Positions 1 through 8,655 of a stretch of DNA of 36,221 nt are shown here, one piece after another. The position numbers were made by a program, and so were the translations under genes. The notes beneath the pieces were generated by a model. The model saw only the letters and a list, made by a program, of their open reading frames with translations. It did no database searches and was not told where the DNA came from. This DNA is from Acidimicrobiales bacterium (lineage in GTDB: Bacteria > Actinomycetota > Acidimicrobiia > Acidimicrobiales > SZUA-35): NCBI GenBank assembly GCA_020628065.1, contig JAHDFR010000004.1, forward strand, positions 10,179 to 46,399. The letters run 5' to 3'. The first letter of the stretch is position 1. Every line of letters starts with the position of its first letter.

Positions 1-149
1 ATCGCTAGCGCCTGAACCACGGTTTGCCTGTTGTTCGCCGCTGCGGTTGGCCCGGTGATCCGACATTCGACCGACTCTAGCCAGGTTGGGAGATCCCAAT
101 TGCGCCAGTATCGAGAATCAGACTGCGGCCACCGGCAGACAGCTGCGAC

Positions 150-1820
150 GTGAGCGGCTCAGTGAACAACGCCGGTCAGAACCTAGAGCGGCAGCCCGAA
201 GAGGGACCAACTCCACTGAACGTATTGGCCGATCTTGCCAGCCGACTTCGAGCCACATCGAGCCGAAAAGCCAAAACCGACCTCGTAGCCGAAGTACTAC
301 GCCGGTTGCGTCCGGACGAATTGGAGCCGGCCATAGGTTTCATGTTGGCCTCGCCCCGACAGGGCGCAATCGGAATCGGATGGGCCACCGTCAGCGCCAC
401 CGACACGCTCACCGGCGCTAACAGTCACGCCAACTCAACCGACGACGGCCCTGTGTCGATCGTTGATTTCGACGCCGTGATCGATCAGCTCCAAACCATC
501 ACCGGAGAGGGGTCGGTCGAAGCCCGGGTTCAAGTGCTCTCGGGTTTCCTCAGCCGCTGCGAATCGCCGACGGCCGACTACGTGCGGCGGGTACTGACCG
601 GCGATGCCCGCCAAGGGGCACTGGCCGGTGTCCTGACGGAGGCGGTGGCCAAAGCAGCCGGAGTCAAGGCGGCGCAGATGCGACGAGGGGTAATGCTTCA
701 AGGTGACCTGGGGCAGGCGGCACGGGTGGCTCTCGTCGAAGGGTCAGAGGCGCTGGCCGCCATCGACCTTGAAGTTCATCGGCCTATCCAGCCCATGCTG
801 GCGTCCACCGCGTCCAGCGCGGCGGAGGCGGTGGAAGCCATTGGCGAAAGCTCAGTGGATTGGAAGCTCGACGGGGCCCGCATCCAGGTGCATACAACCC
901 GCCACTCGGGCAATGCCCGCACCGCCATCTACACCCGCAATCTGAACGACGTCACCGGTCGACTGCCGACAGTTCTCGAGCTCGTTGAGCGCCTGGAGTG
1001 TGAGTCCGCTGTTCTTGACGGGGAAGTGCTGGGCTTCTTCGCCGACGACGAGCGTCCCCAAGCGTTTCAGGACACCATGAGCACCTTTGGCACCCATAGC
1101 GGCCAGCCCGGTTCGGATTCCGGGTTGAGGCCCTACTTTTTCGATCTCATGTACCTCGACGGCCAAAGTCTGATCGACCTCCCGCTGTCCGACCGTCTGG
1201 AGCGGTTGCACGACCTGCTACAACGAAGCGGGGCGACTGCAGCCTCCATCCCCAGCATCATCACCGCTGATCCGACACAGGCCGAGGCCCACTTCACCGC
1301 CGCAGTCGAGGCCGGTCATGAGGGCGTGATGGTCAAGGGAGCCGACGGCAAATACGAGGCCGGCCGGAGAGGCAAGAGCTGGCGCAAGGTCAAACCTGTC
1401 CACACCCTCGACCTTGTGGTGCTTGGGGCCGAATGGGGTCACGGTCGAAGAAGAGGCTGGCTCTCCAACCTGCACCTTGGCGCCCGCCACTCGCAGACAG
1501 GCGAATTCGTCATGGTGGGCAAGACTTTCAAGGGTCTCACCGATGACTTGTTGACCTGGCAGACCGAACGCTTCCTTGAGCTGCAGCTCTCTGACCGGCA
1601 GATCACCACCAACGGGACCGACGGAGATGACAAACGGCAGGGACGCAATGTCGTATTCGTTCGACCAGAGTTGGTGGTTGAAATCGCGCTCGACGGTGCC
1701 CAAACCTCAACCCGCTATTCGGGAGGCGTTGCATTGCGGTTCGCCCGGGTCCGCCGCTACCGCGAAGACAAACGCCCCGACGAAGCCGACACCCTCGATG
1801 CGGTCAGAGCTCTCCTCTAG
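150..1820 (+). CDS. ligB: ATP-dependent DNA ligase (actinobacterial LigB-like)
   Basis: Motif I WKLDGARIQVH with the adenylated Lys, plus LDGE, FFDLMY, EGVMVK, WRKVK and C-terminal LRFARVRRYREDK. GTG start is uncertain. Confidence 0.9.
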   Translation: MSGSVNNAGQNLERQPEEGPTPLNVLADLASRLRATSSRKAKTDLVAEVLRRLRPDELEPAIGFMLASPRQGAIGIGWATVSATDTLTGANSHANSTDDGPVSIVDFDAVIDQLQTITGEGSVEARVQVLSGFLSRCESPTADYVRRVLTGDARQGALAGVLTEAVAKAAGVKAAQMRRGVMLQGDLGQAARVALVEGSEALAAIDLEVHRPIQPMLASTASSAAEAVEAIGESSVDWKLDGARIQVHTTRHSGNARTAIYTRNLNDVTGRLPTVLELVERLECESAVLDGEVLGFFADDERPQAFQDTMSTFGTHSGQPGSDSGLRPYFFDLMYLDGQSLIDLPLSDRLERLHDLLQRSGATAASIPSIITADPTQAEAHFTAAVEAGHEGVMVKGADGKYEAGRRGKSWRKVKPVHTLDLVVLGAEWGHGRRRGWLSNLHLGARHSQTGEFVMVGKTFKGLTDDLLTWQTERFLELQLSDRQITTNGTDGDDKRQGRNVVFVRPELVVEIALDGAQTSTRYSGGVALRFARVRRYREDKRPDEADTLDAVRALL

Positions 1821-1838
1821 CTCGTTACACGGGTCCCC

Positions 1839-3983
1839 TCACCCTTGGTCGGGCTCAGCCGCCACACGGATTCGAACCCGGTTGTCATGAAAGACGGCAC
1901 CCCGACCCATATCCGAGTCACGTTCGGCGACCGTGTTGTTGACACCCATCCCCCACCACCCCTTGGTGGTGGCGGCCACACCTGTACGAGCTTGGTGATT
2001 CACCGCGGCAACGGCGGCAAACGAGCCCCGATCGTTGAACACCACAATGCGATCGCCATCGCTGATGCCATCGCGCTCGGCATCGTCCGGGTGCAACGAG
2101 ATGGTCGGAGCGTCCGTTCGGCCGATTACCACTTGGGTTCCGGCGAACACCGAGTTGATGTGCCAATCACTGCCGATCGCAACCAGGTCGTAGACATCGA
2201 CATCCCCGGAGCCTGCTTCGGTCGGGGGCCGATAGTTGGGCAGACGACCATGGCCGTCGCGTTCGGCCCGCGACGACACAAACTCGAAGCGACCTGACTC
2301 CGTCGGAAATCCGTCGCCAAAAGGCCGATACGGTCGACCGGCAGCCGGGGCCCTGACCCAGCCGGTCCGCTTCCAGCTCTCCAGCGTCACGCCGGCGGCC
2401 CGGTACTCGTCGGTGTCTATGAGGGCGGCGACAAGTTCGGTGTCGGTGGCATACAGCTCGGGCTCGTCCAGATCCATGGCTCGGGCCAATCGACGAAACA
2501 TTTCGGTGTGGGGAACGCACTCGCCCGGTGGCTCTACCGCCGGTTGGTTCAGGTTGAGATACATGTGGGCGAACGAATCGTTCACCTCCCACTGTTCGTG
2601 TTGCATGGTGGACGGCAACACAATGTCGGCGTAGTCGGTGGTCTCGGTCAGGTAGATCTCGGCAACCACGCAGAACAGATCGGGCCGGCTCAGGCCCTGC
2701 CGGACCCGCTCGGTGTCGGGATTCGAGACCACCGGATTGGCTCCATGAACGAAGAGTGCCTCCACCGGTGGATCATTCAGCTCCAACAGATTGGCCGCCA
2801 GGTTGGTCATGGCCAAAGCCCGGGGCCGCTCGCCAAGATGGCGCCCAGCGGCCAGCGGTGTGTTGATCTTGTAGGGCGCGTGGGTTGAGTAGACCAGCCC
2901 ACCGCCGGCCGGGCGGCCGTCCAAAGGGTATGATCCGGTCAGCGCTGGAAGACAGGAAACAACCCGGCTGGCCTGCCCCCCGAAGGCGTGTCGCTGCATG
3001 CCCTGACCCAACTTGACCGCCAGAGGACGATGCGCCGGTTCGCACAGGAGATCAACCAGTTGGTTCAGCTCGCCGATTGGTAGCCCGCAGACGTCGGCGA
3101 CACGAGCCAAGTCCCATTCCCTCAACGACCGAGCGAACTCGTCGAATCCCTCGGTGTAGGTTTCGATGAACTCGGAATCGATCGCCTCTCGATCGATCAA
3201 CGCCCGACACAACCCGAGAGCGAGGGCACCATCGGTGCCAGGGCGAGGCGCCAGGTGCAGATCGGCCCGGGCCGCCGTCCTAGTGCGAAGAGGGTCGATG
3301 ACCAAGATGGGCGCTCCCCCATCGGCCGCCTTCTCCACGAACGGCCACCAGTGCTGATTGGCCACCAGCGTGTTGGAGCCCCAAATCAGAACGGCACCAG
3401 CGTCAACCACATCTTCGGGATCCATGCCGGTGGCGGTGCCCACCGTGTAGGACAAACCAATGTGGCCGCTGACCGAACAGATGGTGAGGAAGTGCTTGCT
3501 GACGCCAAGGTGGTTCCAGAGCCGGGAGCCGACCGGTAGCGCTCCACCTTGAACGAACCCGACGTTTCCGGTGCCGGCAAAAGGCCAGATGGCCGCCGGA
3601 CCCGAACTGTCGATGATGTCGGTGAACCGCGCCGCGATCTCGGCCATGGCTTCGTCCCAGGAGATGGGCACGAAGTCGTCAAACCGGTTGGCGGAGCGCT
3701 CCCCCTTCGGCCTGACCCGACGCAACGGCTGGAGAAGACGAGCCGGGTCTTCGGCCATCTTCAACCACGGGTTGACCTTCTTACAGAGGCCACCGGCAGT
3801 GAAGGGATGGTCGGGGTTACCCCGAAGTCGGGTTGCTCGACCTTCGTCCGACACCGTTACCACCCACGAGCAACCGTCCGGACAGTCCAGAGGACATGAA
3901 CCGATGACAGTCCGCTCCCCCGAATGGCTGGTCATGTGTTTCGACTCGGTCGATGTTTGAAGTTCGTCGGCCAGATCAGTCAT
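1839..3983 (-). CDS. Molybdopterin-dependent oxidoreductase (DMSO reductase/MopB family) with N-terminal 4Fe-4S motif
   Basis: CPLDCPDGC...C Fe-S motif, GNPDHPFTAGGLC, PRPGTDGALAL, ADIVLP and C-terminal HPDDA...GISDGD...NDRG dinucleotide-binding domain. No Tat signal. Overlaps the upstream gene by ATGA. Confidence 0.88.
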   Translation of the reverse strand: MTDLADELQTSTESKHMTSHSGERTVIGSCPLDCPDGCSWVVTVSDEGRATRLRGNPDHPFTAGGLCKKVNPWLKMAEDPARLLQPLRRVRPKGERSANRFDDFVPISWDEAMAEIAARFTDIIDSSGPAAIWPFAGTGNVGFVQGGALPVGSRLWNHLGVSKHFLTICSVSGHIGLSYTVGTATGMDPEDVVDAGAVLIWGSNTLVANQHWWPFVEKAADGGAPILVIDPLRTRTAARADLHLAPRPGTDGALALGLCRALIDREAIDSEFIETYTEGFDEFARSLREWDLARVADVCGLPIGELNQLVDLLCEPAHRPLAVKLGQGMQRHAFGGQASRVVSCLPALTGSYPLDGRPAGGGLVYSTHAPYKINTPLAAGRHLGERPRALAMTNLAANLLELNDPPVEALFVHGANPVVSNPDTERVRQGLSRPDLFCVVAEIYLTETTDYADIVLPSTMQHEQWEVNDSFAHMYLNLNQPAVEPPGECVPHTEMFRRLARAMDLDEPELYATDTELVAALIDTDEYRAAGVTLESWKRTGWVRAPAAGRPYRPFGDGFPTESGRFEFVSSRAERDGHGRLPNYRPPTEAGSGDVDVYDLVAIGSDWHINSVFAGTQVVIGRTDAPTISLHPDDAERDGISDGDRIVVFNDRGSFAAVAAVNHQARTGVAATTKGWWGMGVNNTVAERDSDMGRGAVFHDNRVRIRVAAEPDQG

Positions 3984-4378
3984 TGCTTGTTCCTTCCCCG
4001 CAGGCGGTCGAGCTGTCGTCGGTCCCGTTTCGTTGGTCGACCCGCTCCACGCTCACGTGCCCCGCCCGGCGGCGTCAAGCGGACATCGGACGTTGGGGCT
4101 CGCGGTGGAGATAGGTCCTCGTAACACTCGGCCGCTCGAGGGGCCCCAACCCGCTTTTCGATGGGTTCCACCAGGCGATACACGTAGAGCAGGTCGCCTT
4201 TGCGGGCGGACACCACGTCGTCAACAGTGATCTTTGTCGCTGGTTTGGCCAGCTCTTCGTTGATCAACACTCGCCCGGTGGAACAAGCGTTGGTGGCTGC
4301 CGTCCTCGTCTTGTAGACACGGACAGCCCACAACCACTTGTCGACTCGCACGCTCTTGGTCGTGGGGCCGCTACTCAT
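3980..4378 (-). CDS. hslR: S4-domain ribosome-associated heat shock protein Hsp15
   Basis: VRVDKWLWAVRVYKTR and GAGRPTKRDRR signatures. Start moved to the ATG at 4378 (8-nt overlap with the rsmI end). Confidence 0.85.
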   Translation of the reverse strand: MSSGPTTKSVRVDKWLWAVRVYKTRTAATNACSTGRVLINEELAKPATKITVDDVVSARKGDLLYVYRLVEPIEKRVGAPRAAECYEDLSPPRAPTSDVRLTPPGGARERGAGRPTKRDRRQLDRLRGRNKQ

Positions 4379-5330
4379 CACGGCTCTCGACGAGTGCTGT
4401 GGGCGGGCCATGTGAAGGATTGTCCGCCGGAGTGAGTGAATTGGCCAGATCATAGACCCGGCGCTTTGGCGCCCCGGTGACCATCACCACCGCCGCTACC
4501 GCATCTCGGCGGGACAGCCCTTCGTTGACCTTCTCGGCCAGCATCTGACGTAGTGATTCATCGTCGACCGGCTCGGCGGCGGCCCTTGGGACCCCATCGA
4601 CGACAATGACGATTTCACCTCTGGGCGGATTCTCGGCGAAATGCTCGGCCGCCTCGGACGCCGAGACTCGAATCACCTCTTCATGAAGTTTGGTTAGTTC
4701 CCTGGCCACCACCAGGCGGCGATCAGCGCCACAAACCGACGACAGATCGCGCAACGTGGCGGTCAGCCGATTGGGGGACTCATAGATCACAGTGACCCGA
4801 TCATCGGCGGCCAAAGACTGTAAACGTTCGCTACGGCTTCGTCCCTTGCGAGGAAGGAAACCCTCGAACACGTACCGACCGTTCAATAGACCGCTGACGG
4901 CCAACGCGGCCGAGACGGCACTCGGGCCGGGCACAGCAAAGATCTTGTGCCCGGCGTCGGCCACCGCCGCCACCATCGCTGTCCCCGGGTCGGACACCGA
5001 GGGCATCCCGGCATCGGACACGAGGGCCAGGGATTGGTAATCGGCCAAACGATCGAGGACCTCCGGGACCCTCGCCTGTTCGGTGTGCTCATTGCCGACG
5101 AGAAGCGCCGGTCGATTGAACGAGCCGGTGATACCCAACACCTCGGCGGCGTGGCTGATCAGCTTTCCGGTCCGGCGCGTGTCCTCACAAACCACGGCGT
5201 CAACGCCGGTCAACACCAGTGCCGCTCGAGGGGTCAGGTCCCCGAGGTTACCGATGGGCGTTCCGACCACGTACAGCCCTGACTCAAGCGCCACGCCATC
5301 GGTGGTGTCGCTGCTGCCATCAGAGGTCAC
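4371..5330 (-). CDS. rsmI: 16S rRNA (cytidine1402-2'-O)-methyltransferase
   Basis: LYVVGTPIGNLGDLT, CEDTR, LVSDAGMPSVSDPG, FEGFLP, YESP, ARELTKLHEE. Confidence 0.95.
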   Translation of the reverse strand: MTSDGSSDTTDGVALESGLYVVGTPIGNLGDLTPRAALVLTGVDAVVCEDTRRTGKLISHAAEVLGITGSFNRPALLVGNEHTEQARVPEVLDRLADYQSLALVSDAGMPSVSDPGTAMVAAVADAGHKIFAVPGPSAVSAALAVSGLLNGRYVFEGFLPRKGRSRSERLQSLAADDRVTVIYESPNRLTATLRDLSSVCGADRRLVVARELTKLHEEVIRVSASEAAEHFAENPPRGEIVIVVDGVPRAAAEPVDDESLRQMLAEKVNEGLSRRDAVAAVVMVTGAPKRRVYDLANSLTPADNPSHGPPTALVESRDE

Positions 5331-5725
5331 GCTGGATTCTCAGAACCGTCGCAGCCGCGGATCTCGACCAGCTGGCCGACGTTCAGATCCCAATCGTCAA
5401 AGGCTCCGGCTTCAGCCTCCAACACCGACCGCGCCCGCCAAACCGGCAACGTCACCCGGTTTCTATGGAGACGCAACGTCCTGATCACCTGATTGTCGGC
5501 GTCAAGAAAGGCAACGTCTAGATCAAAACCCATGGCAAACGAGTGAACCGATCGAGCGCCGACGATAAGCATCGCCCCCTCAAGGCTCCGGCGACCCAAC
5601 AGTCCACGGGCCTTGGCCATCCGACCACTGGCCACCTCAAGCGAAGCTAGAACCCGGCCGTCGCGAACCAACCAGCCCTGCTCGGCCGGTAAGGCCTCTG
5701 GAAGTCGGATTCTCCTGCTTGGCAC
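5327..5725 (-). CDS. DUF192 family protein
   Basis: ARGLLGR...SVHSFAMGFDLDVAFLD...VLEAEAG pattern; 4-nt overlap with the rsmI start. Confidence 0.75.
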   Translation of the reverse strand: MPSRRIRLPEALPAEQGWLVRDGRVLASLEVASGRMAKARGLLGRRSLEGAMLIVGARSVHSFAMGFDLDVAFLDADNQVIRTLRLHRNRVTLPVWRARSVLEAEAGAFDDWDLNVGQLVEIRGCDGSENPA

Positions 5726-5798
5726 GACGTTCAGACCCGAGTCGAATGGTTGGAAGGGCGCTCCGTCTAGCGGTAGGCCACAACGTACACGTTAGCAA

Positions 5799-6875
5799 TC
5801 AGACGTTAAATCGTATTTCCAGAACATCGCCGTCTTCAACCACATAGTCTTTGCCCTCCTGGCGAACCTTGCCCAGCTCCCGTGCCTTGGCCCAGGAGCC
5901 GATGTCGAGCAACTCGTCCCAGCGAATGGTCTCAGCCCGGATAAACCCTCGCTCCAGGTCGGAGTGAATTAGACCGGCGCACTGAGGAGCCGTAGACCCA
6001 ACCCGGAAGGTCCAGGCCCGACTTTCCTTTTCTCCGGTGGTAAGGAACGTACGCAGGCCGAGCGTGTGATAGGCGGCCTGGATGAACCGGACCACTGCCC
6101 CCTCCCCCAACCCGAAGGCATCCAGCATTTCAGCTCGATCCTCAGGGGGAAGCTGTGCGGCCTCGGCCTCCAACTGGATGCAGGCACCGAACACCGGCGC
6201 CAGTTCGCCCAACTCATCCTGAACGGGGGCAACGACAGCTTCGACATCCGTCAGCTGTTCCTCATCAAGATTCACGATGGCCAGCACCGGCTTGTTGGTC
6301 AGCAGAAACCACGGTTTGAGCAGCGCGGCATGTTCGGCGTCGAGGTCGCTGCGATACAGCGGACGACCCTCCGAGAGATGGGCAAGCGCGGCCTCGGCAG
6401 CCTCCACCTCATCACGGAGCGACGGATCCCCTTTGGCCGCTTTGCGCTTTTTCTCCAACTGGCGTTCCACCGTTTCCAGATCGGCGAACGTCAATTCCAA
6501 CTCGACCACTCGCAGATGTTCCAGCGGGTCCTGCGGGCCGGGGACGTCGTCGTCACGGAATGCCCGGAGAACAAAAACGATGGCATCGACCTCACGGATT
6601 CCAGCCAGGAACTTGTTGCCCAGACCCTCGCCCTTGCTGGCGCCTTCCACCAATCCACCAATGTCGTTGAACTGAACCGACGCTGGAACGACACTCTTCG
6701 AACCGCTCATCTGAGCTAGAGCGTCAAGGCGGTCATCAAACACTTTGGCTACCCCGATATTGGGGTCGGTGGTGGCGAAAGCGTAGGGAGCGGCCAAAGC
6801 CCCACCACCGGTCAAGGCGTTGTACAACGAAGACTTGCCGGCGTTGGGTAGGCCGACGAAACCGAACTTTTCCAT
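5799..6875 (-). CDS. ychF: Redox-regulated ribosome-binding ATPase YchF
   Basis: GFVGLPNAGKS P-loop, DIGGLVEGASKGEGLGNKFL, IHSDLERGFIRAE, C-terminal EGKDYVVEDGD...RFNV. Confidence 0.96.
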   Translation of the reverse strand: MEKFGFVGLPNAGKSSLYNALTGGGALAAPYAFATTDPNIGVAKVFDDRLDALAQMSGSKSVVPASVQFNDIGGLVEGASKGEGLGNKFLAGIREVDAIVFVLRAFRDDDVPGPQDPLEHLRVVELELTFADLETVERQLEKKRKAAKGDPSLRDEVEAAEAALAHLSEGRPLYRSDLDAEHAALLKPWFLLTNKPVLAIVNLDEEQLTDVEAVVAPVQDELGELAPVFGACIQLEAEAAQLPPEDRAEMLDAFGLGEGAVVRFIQAAYHTLGLRTFLTTGEKESRAWTFRVGSTAPQCAGLIHSDLERGFIRAETIRWDELLDIGSWAKARELGKVRQEGKDYVVEDGDVLEIRFNV

Positions 6876-6890
6876 ATCCGGTCATGCTAC

Positions 6891-6959
6891 GGCCGCCGCC
6901 GTGTCTTGTGGCCGACGCCGTGTCTTGTGGCCGACGCCGTGTCTTGTGGCCGACGCCGT
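6891..6959. repeat. 19-bp tandem repeat (GTGTCTTGTGGCCGACGCC), ~3.5 copies
   Basis: Exact units at 6901-6919, 6920-6938 and 6939-6957, plus partial GGCCGCCGCC at 6891-6900; no spacers. Confidence 0.95.
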
Positions 6960-6980
6960 TTGGGGGTAACCGGCCAGGCC

Positions 6981-7484
6981 CTACCAGTGGAGTGTGCCGG
7001 GCCCACCCTTAAACGGGCCGGTGACGTTGCTTGTTATCCACCCTCCGTAGAAATTGCCTTCGTTGGCGTCGACCTGCTCGTCGTCGATCCAGCATTCGTC
7101 CACCATCTGCGGATAAAATGCCCAGTGATCGACAAGATCGGCAAAGGGGGCGGATGGCCGACGGTACACCCATGCCGCGGCCACCACCGGAGGATGGCCC
7201 TCGACGACAACGTCAGCGTATGAGGCCAAGCCCTTCCACTCGCAGAACGTCTCCTTGGAGCCGACCCGCAGCAGATCAGCGTTCACGCCCGACGGCGGAA
7301 TGTAGTACGCCGGGGGTTGGCTGGTTTCCAACACTCGAAACGCACCCGCACTGTCGGCTACGACCGCTCCCTTGTGAACCACTCGAATTCTCCAGCCGAC
7401 CCACTCAATCCGAGGCGGGCGGGGGTAATCCCACACCGACTCCACAGGTTTACCGTTGGCGGCCAGTTCAGGCTTGGAGCTCAC
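6981..7484 (-). CDS. DUF427 domain protein
   Basis: ESVWDYPRPP, VLETSQPPAYYIP, FCEWKGLASY, GNFYGGWIT, GPFKGGPG. Start moved to GTG 7484, 7 nt after a TAGACT -10. Confidence 0.85.
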   Translation of the reverse strand: MSSKPELAANGKPVESVWDYPRPPRIEWVGWRIRVVHKGAVVADSAGAFRVLETSQPPAYYIPPSGVNADLLRVGSKETFCEWKGLASYADVVVEGHPPVVAAAWVYRRPSAPFADLVDHWAFYPQMVDECWIDDEQVDANEGNFYGGWITSNVTGPFKGGPGTLHW

Positions 7485-7490
7485 CAACAA

Positions 7491-7518
7491 AAGTCTATTG
7501 CCACCGCAACCTAGACTT
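7491..7518. promoter_or_regulatory. Back-to-back TAGACT -10 elements of a divergent leaderless gene pair
   Basis: AAGTCTA (7491-7497) and TAGACTT (7512-7518) form an inverted repeat; each TAGACT lies 6-7 nt before a start codon. Confidence 0.65.
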
Positions 7519-7523
7519 ATCAA

Positions 7524-8558
7524 ATGAAGCATTCGAGCGGCGGGGCACCCTATCGCACGGCCCTCAGTCGGACGATCTACCTACTGGACAGAAGTCTGGC
7601 CCCAACTCAGAAGGTGCGGGCGTTCGTAAAGGGTCGCAACACGCTGGACGAAGTCGAACGAGTAGGCGGTCCGGGCTCAGTTGAACAACTGGTAAGACAA
7701 TCCAAGCTCACCAGCATCGACGGCATCGGCGCCTCCATCAACGCCGTGGTTTCCGGCGCCTACGGCGTTGGCCCTACCGACTACCTGGACCAGTTGGAGG
7801 AGTCGACGGTCATTGAGATCGGCCCGGGAGCCGAGCTGCGAGCAGCTCTCAAAGGCGACTGCCACTCCCATTCGACCTGGTCCGACGGCGGTGCCGAGCT
7901 ACGAGCCATGGCCGAGGCGGCGCAAGCATTGGGACACGAGTACCTGGTGGCCACCGACCATTCGGCCCGCCTCACCATTGCCCACGGCCTATCGGTCGAA
8001 CGCCTGGCCGAACAGATGACCGAAATCGAGCGGCTCAACAACGAATTGGCGCCGTTTCGGATCCTGACCGGAATGGAGGTCGACATTTTGGATGATGGCT
8101 CCCTCGACCTCCCTGATGCGTGGCTCGCCCGCTTGGACGTGGTCGTCGGTTCGGTTCACCACCGAATTCACCAAGACGCCGATGTCATGACCAAGCGTTT
8201 GGTGAAAGCGGTGGCCAATCCACATGTTGACATTCTCGGTCACTGCACCAACCGGAAAGTGATGGGCAACAAGCGAAAGCCTTCGACCTTTGACGCCGAC
8301 TACGTCTTCGCCGCCTGTGCTCAGTTCGGAACTGCAGTTGAGATCAATTGTCGACCGGAACGCCAAGACCCCCCGGAAGAGCTCCTCGAACTCGCGCTCG
8401 AATGGGAGTGCCGGATCAGTATCGACTCCGACGCCCATGCGCCGGGGCAACTCGAATGGGTCAACTACGGGTGTGACAAAGCAGCCCGCGCCGGTATCGA
8501 AGTCGATCAGATCCTCAACACCCGGTCAGCAGAAGATCTGGTCAGCCTCCTCAGCTGA
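7524..8558 (+). CDS. PHP-domain phosphoesterase with N-terminal HhH region (PolX-related, no polymerase core)
   Basis: LTSIDGIG HhH motif; PHP metal motifs DCHSHSTWSDG, TDH, GMEVD, SVH, LGH, EIN, DSDAH. Confidence 0.85.
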   Translation: MKHSSGGAPYRTALSRTIYLLDRSLAPTQKVRAFVKGRNTLDEVERVGGPGSVEQLVRQSKLTSIDGIGASINAVVSGAYGVGPTDYLDQLEESTVIEIGPGAELRAALKGDCHSHSTWSDGGAELRAMAEAAQALGHEYLVATDHSARLTIAHGLSVERLAEQMTEIERLNNELAPFRILTGMEVDILDDGSLDLPDAWLARLDVVVGSVHHRIHQDADVMTKRLVKAVANPHVDILGHCTNRKVMGNKRKPSTFDADYVFAACAQFGTAVEINCRPERQDPPEELLELALEWECRISIDSDAHAPGQLEWVNYGCDKAARAGIEVDQILNTRSAEDLVSLLS

Positions 8559-8597
8559 TAGCCTGGACGACTATGTCAAAGCGCAGACGAAAGAAGC

Positions 8598-8653
8598 GGC
8601 TTCTTGCCCGTCGCAAGAAGGCCAACCACGGCCGCAAACCGAACGTCGGCCGT
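8598..8653. terminator. Two hairpins between convergent genes, putative terminator
   Basis: CTTCTTGC/GCAAGAAG (8600-8620) and ACGGCCG/CGGCCGT (8628-8653); no clear U-tract. Confidence 0.45.
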
Positions 8654-8655
8654 AG

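Noticed and set aside
13-26. SOS-box-like TGAACcacgGTTTG upstream of the ligase
   Set aside because: Two mismatches, a single copy, and context cut by the window edge.
5767-5794. Possible leaderless 4-codon uORF (TAACGT-7nt-GTG GCC TAC CGC TAG) before DUF192
   Set aside because: Not coupled to the next start (41-nt gap) and easily a chance match.
6891-6959. Possible mini CRISPR array or NrdR half-sites (TCTTGTG)
   Set aside because: The units are contiguous with no spacers, no cas genes are present, and the left half of the NrdR palindrome is missing.
7524-8558. DNA polymerase X forming an NHEJ system with the ligase
   Set aside because: The nucleotidyltransferase core is absent, there is no Ku or LigD gene, and the genes are ~5.7 kb apart in separate units.
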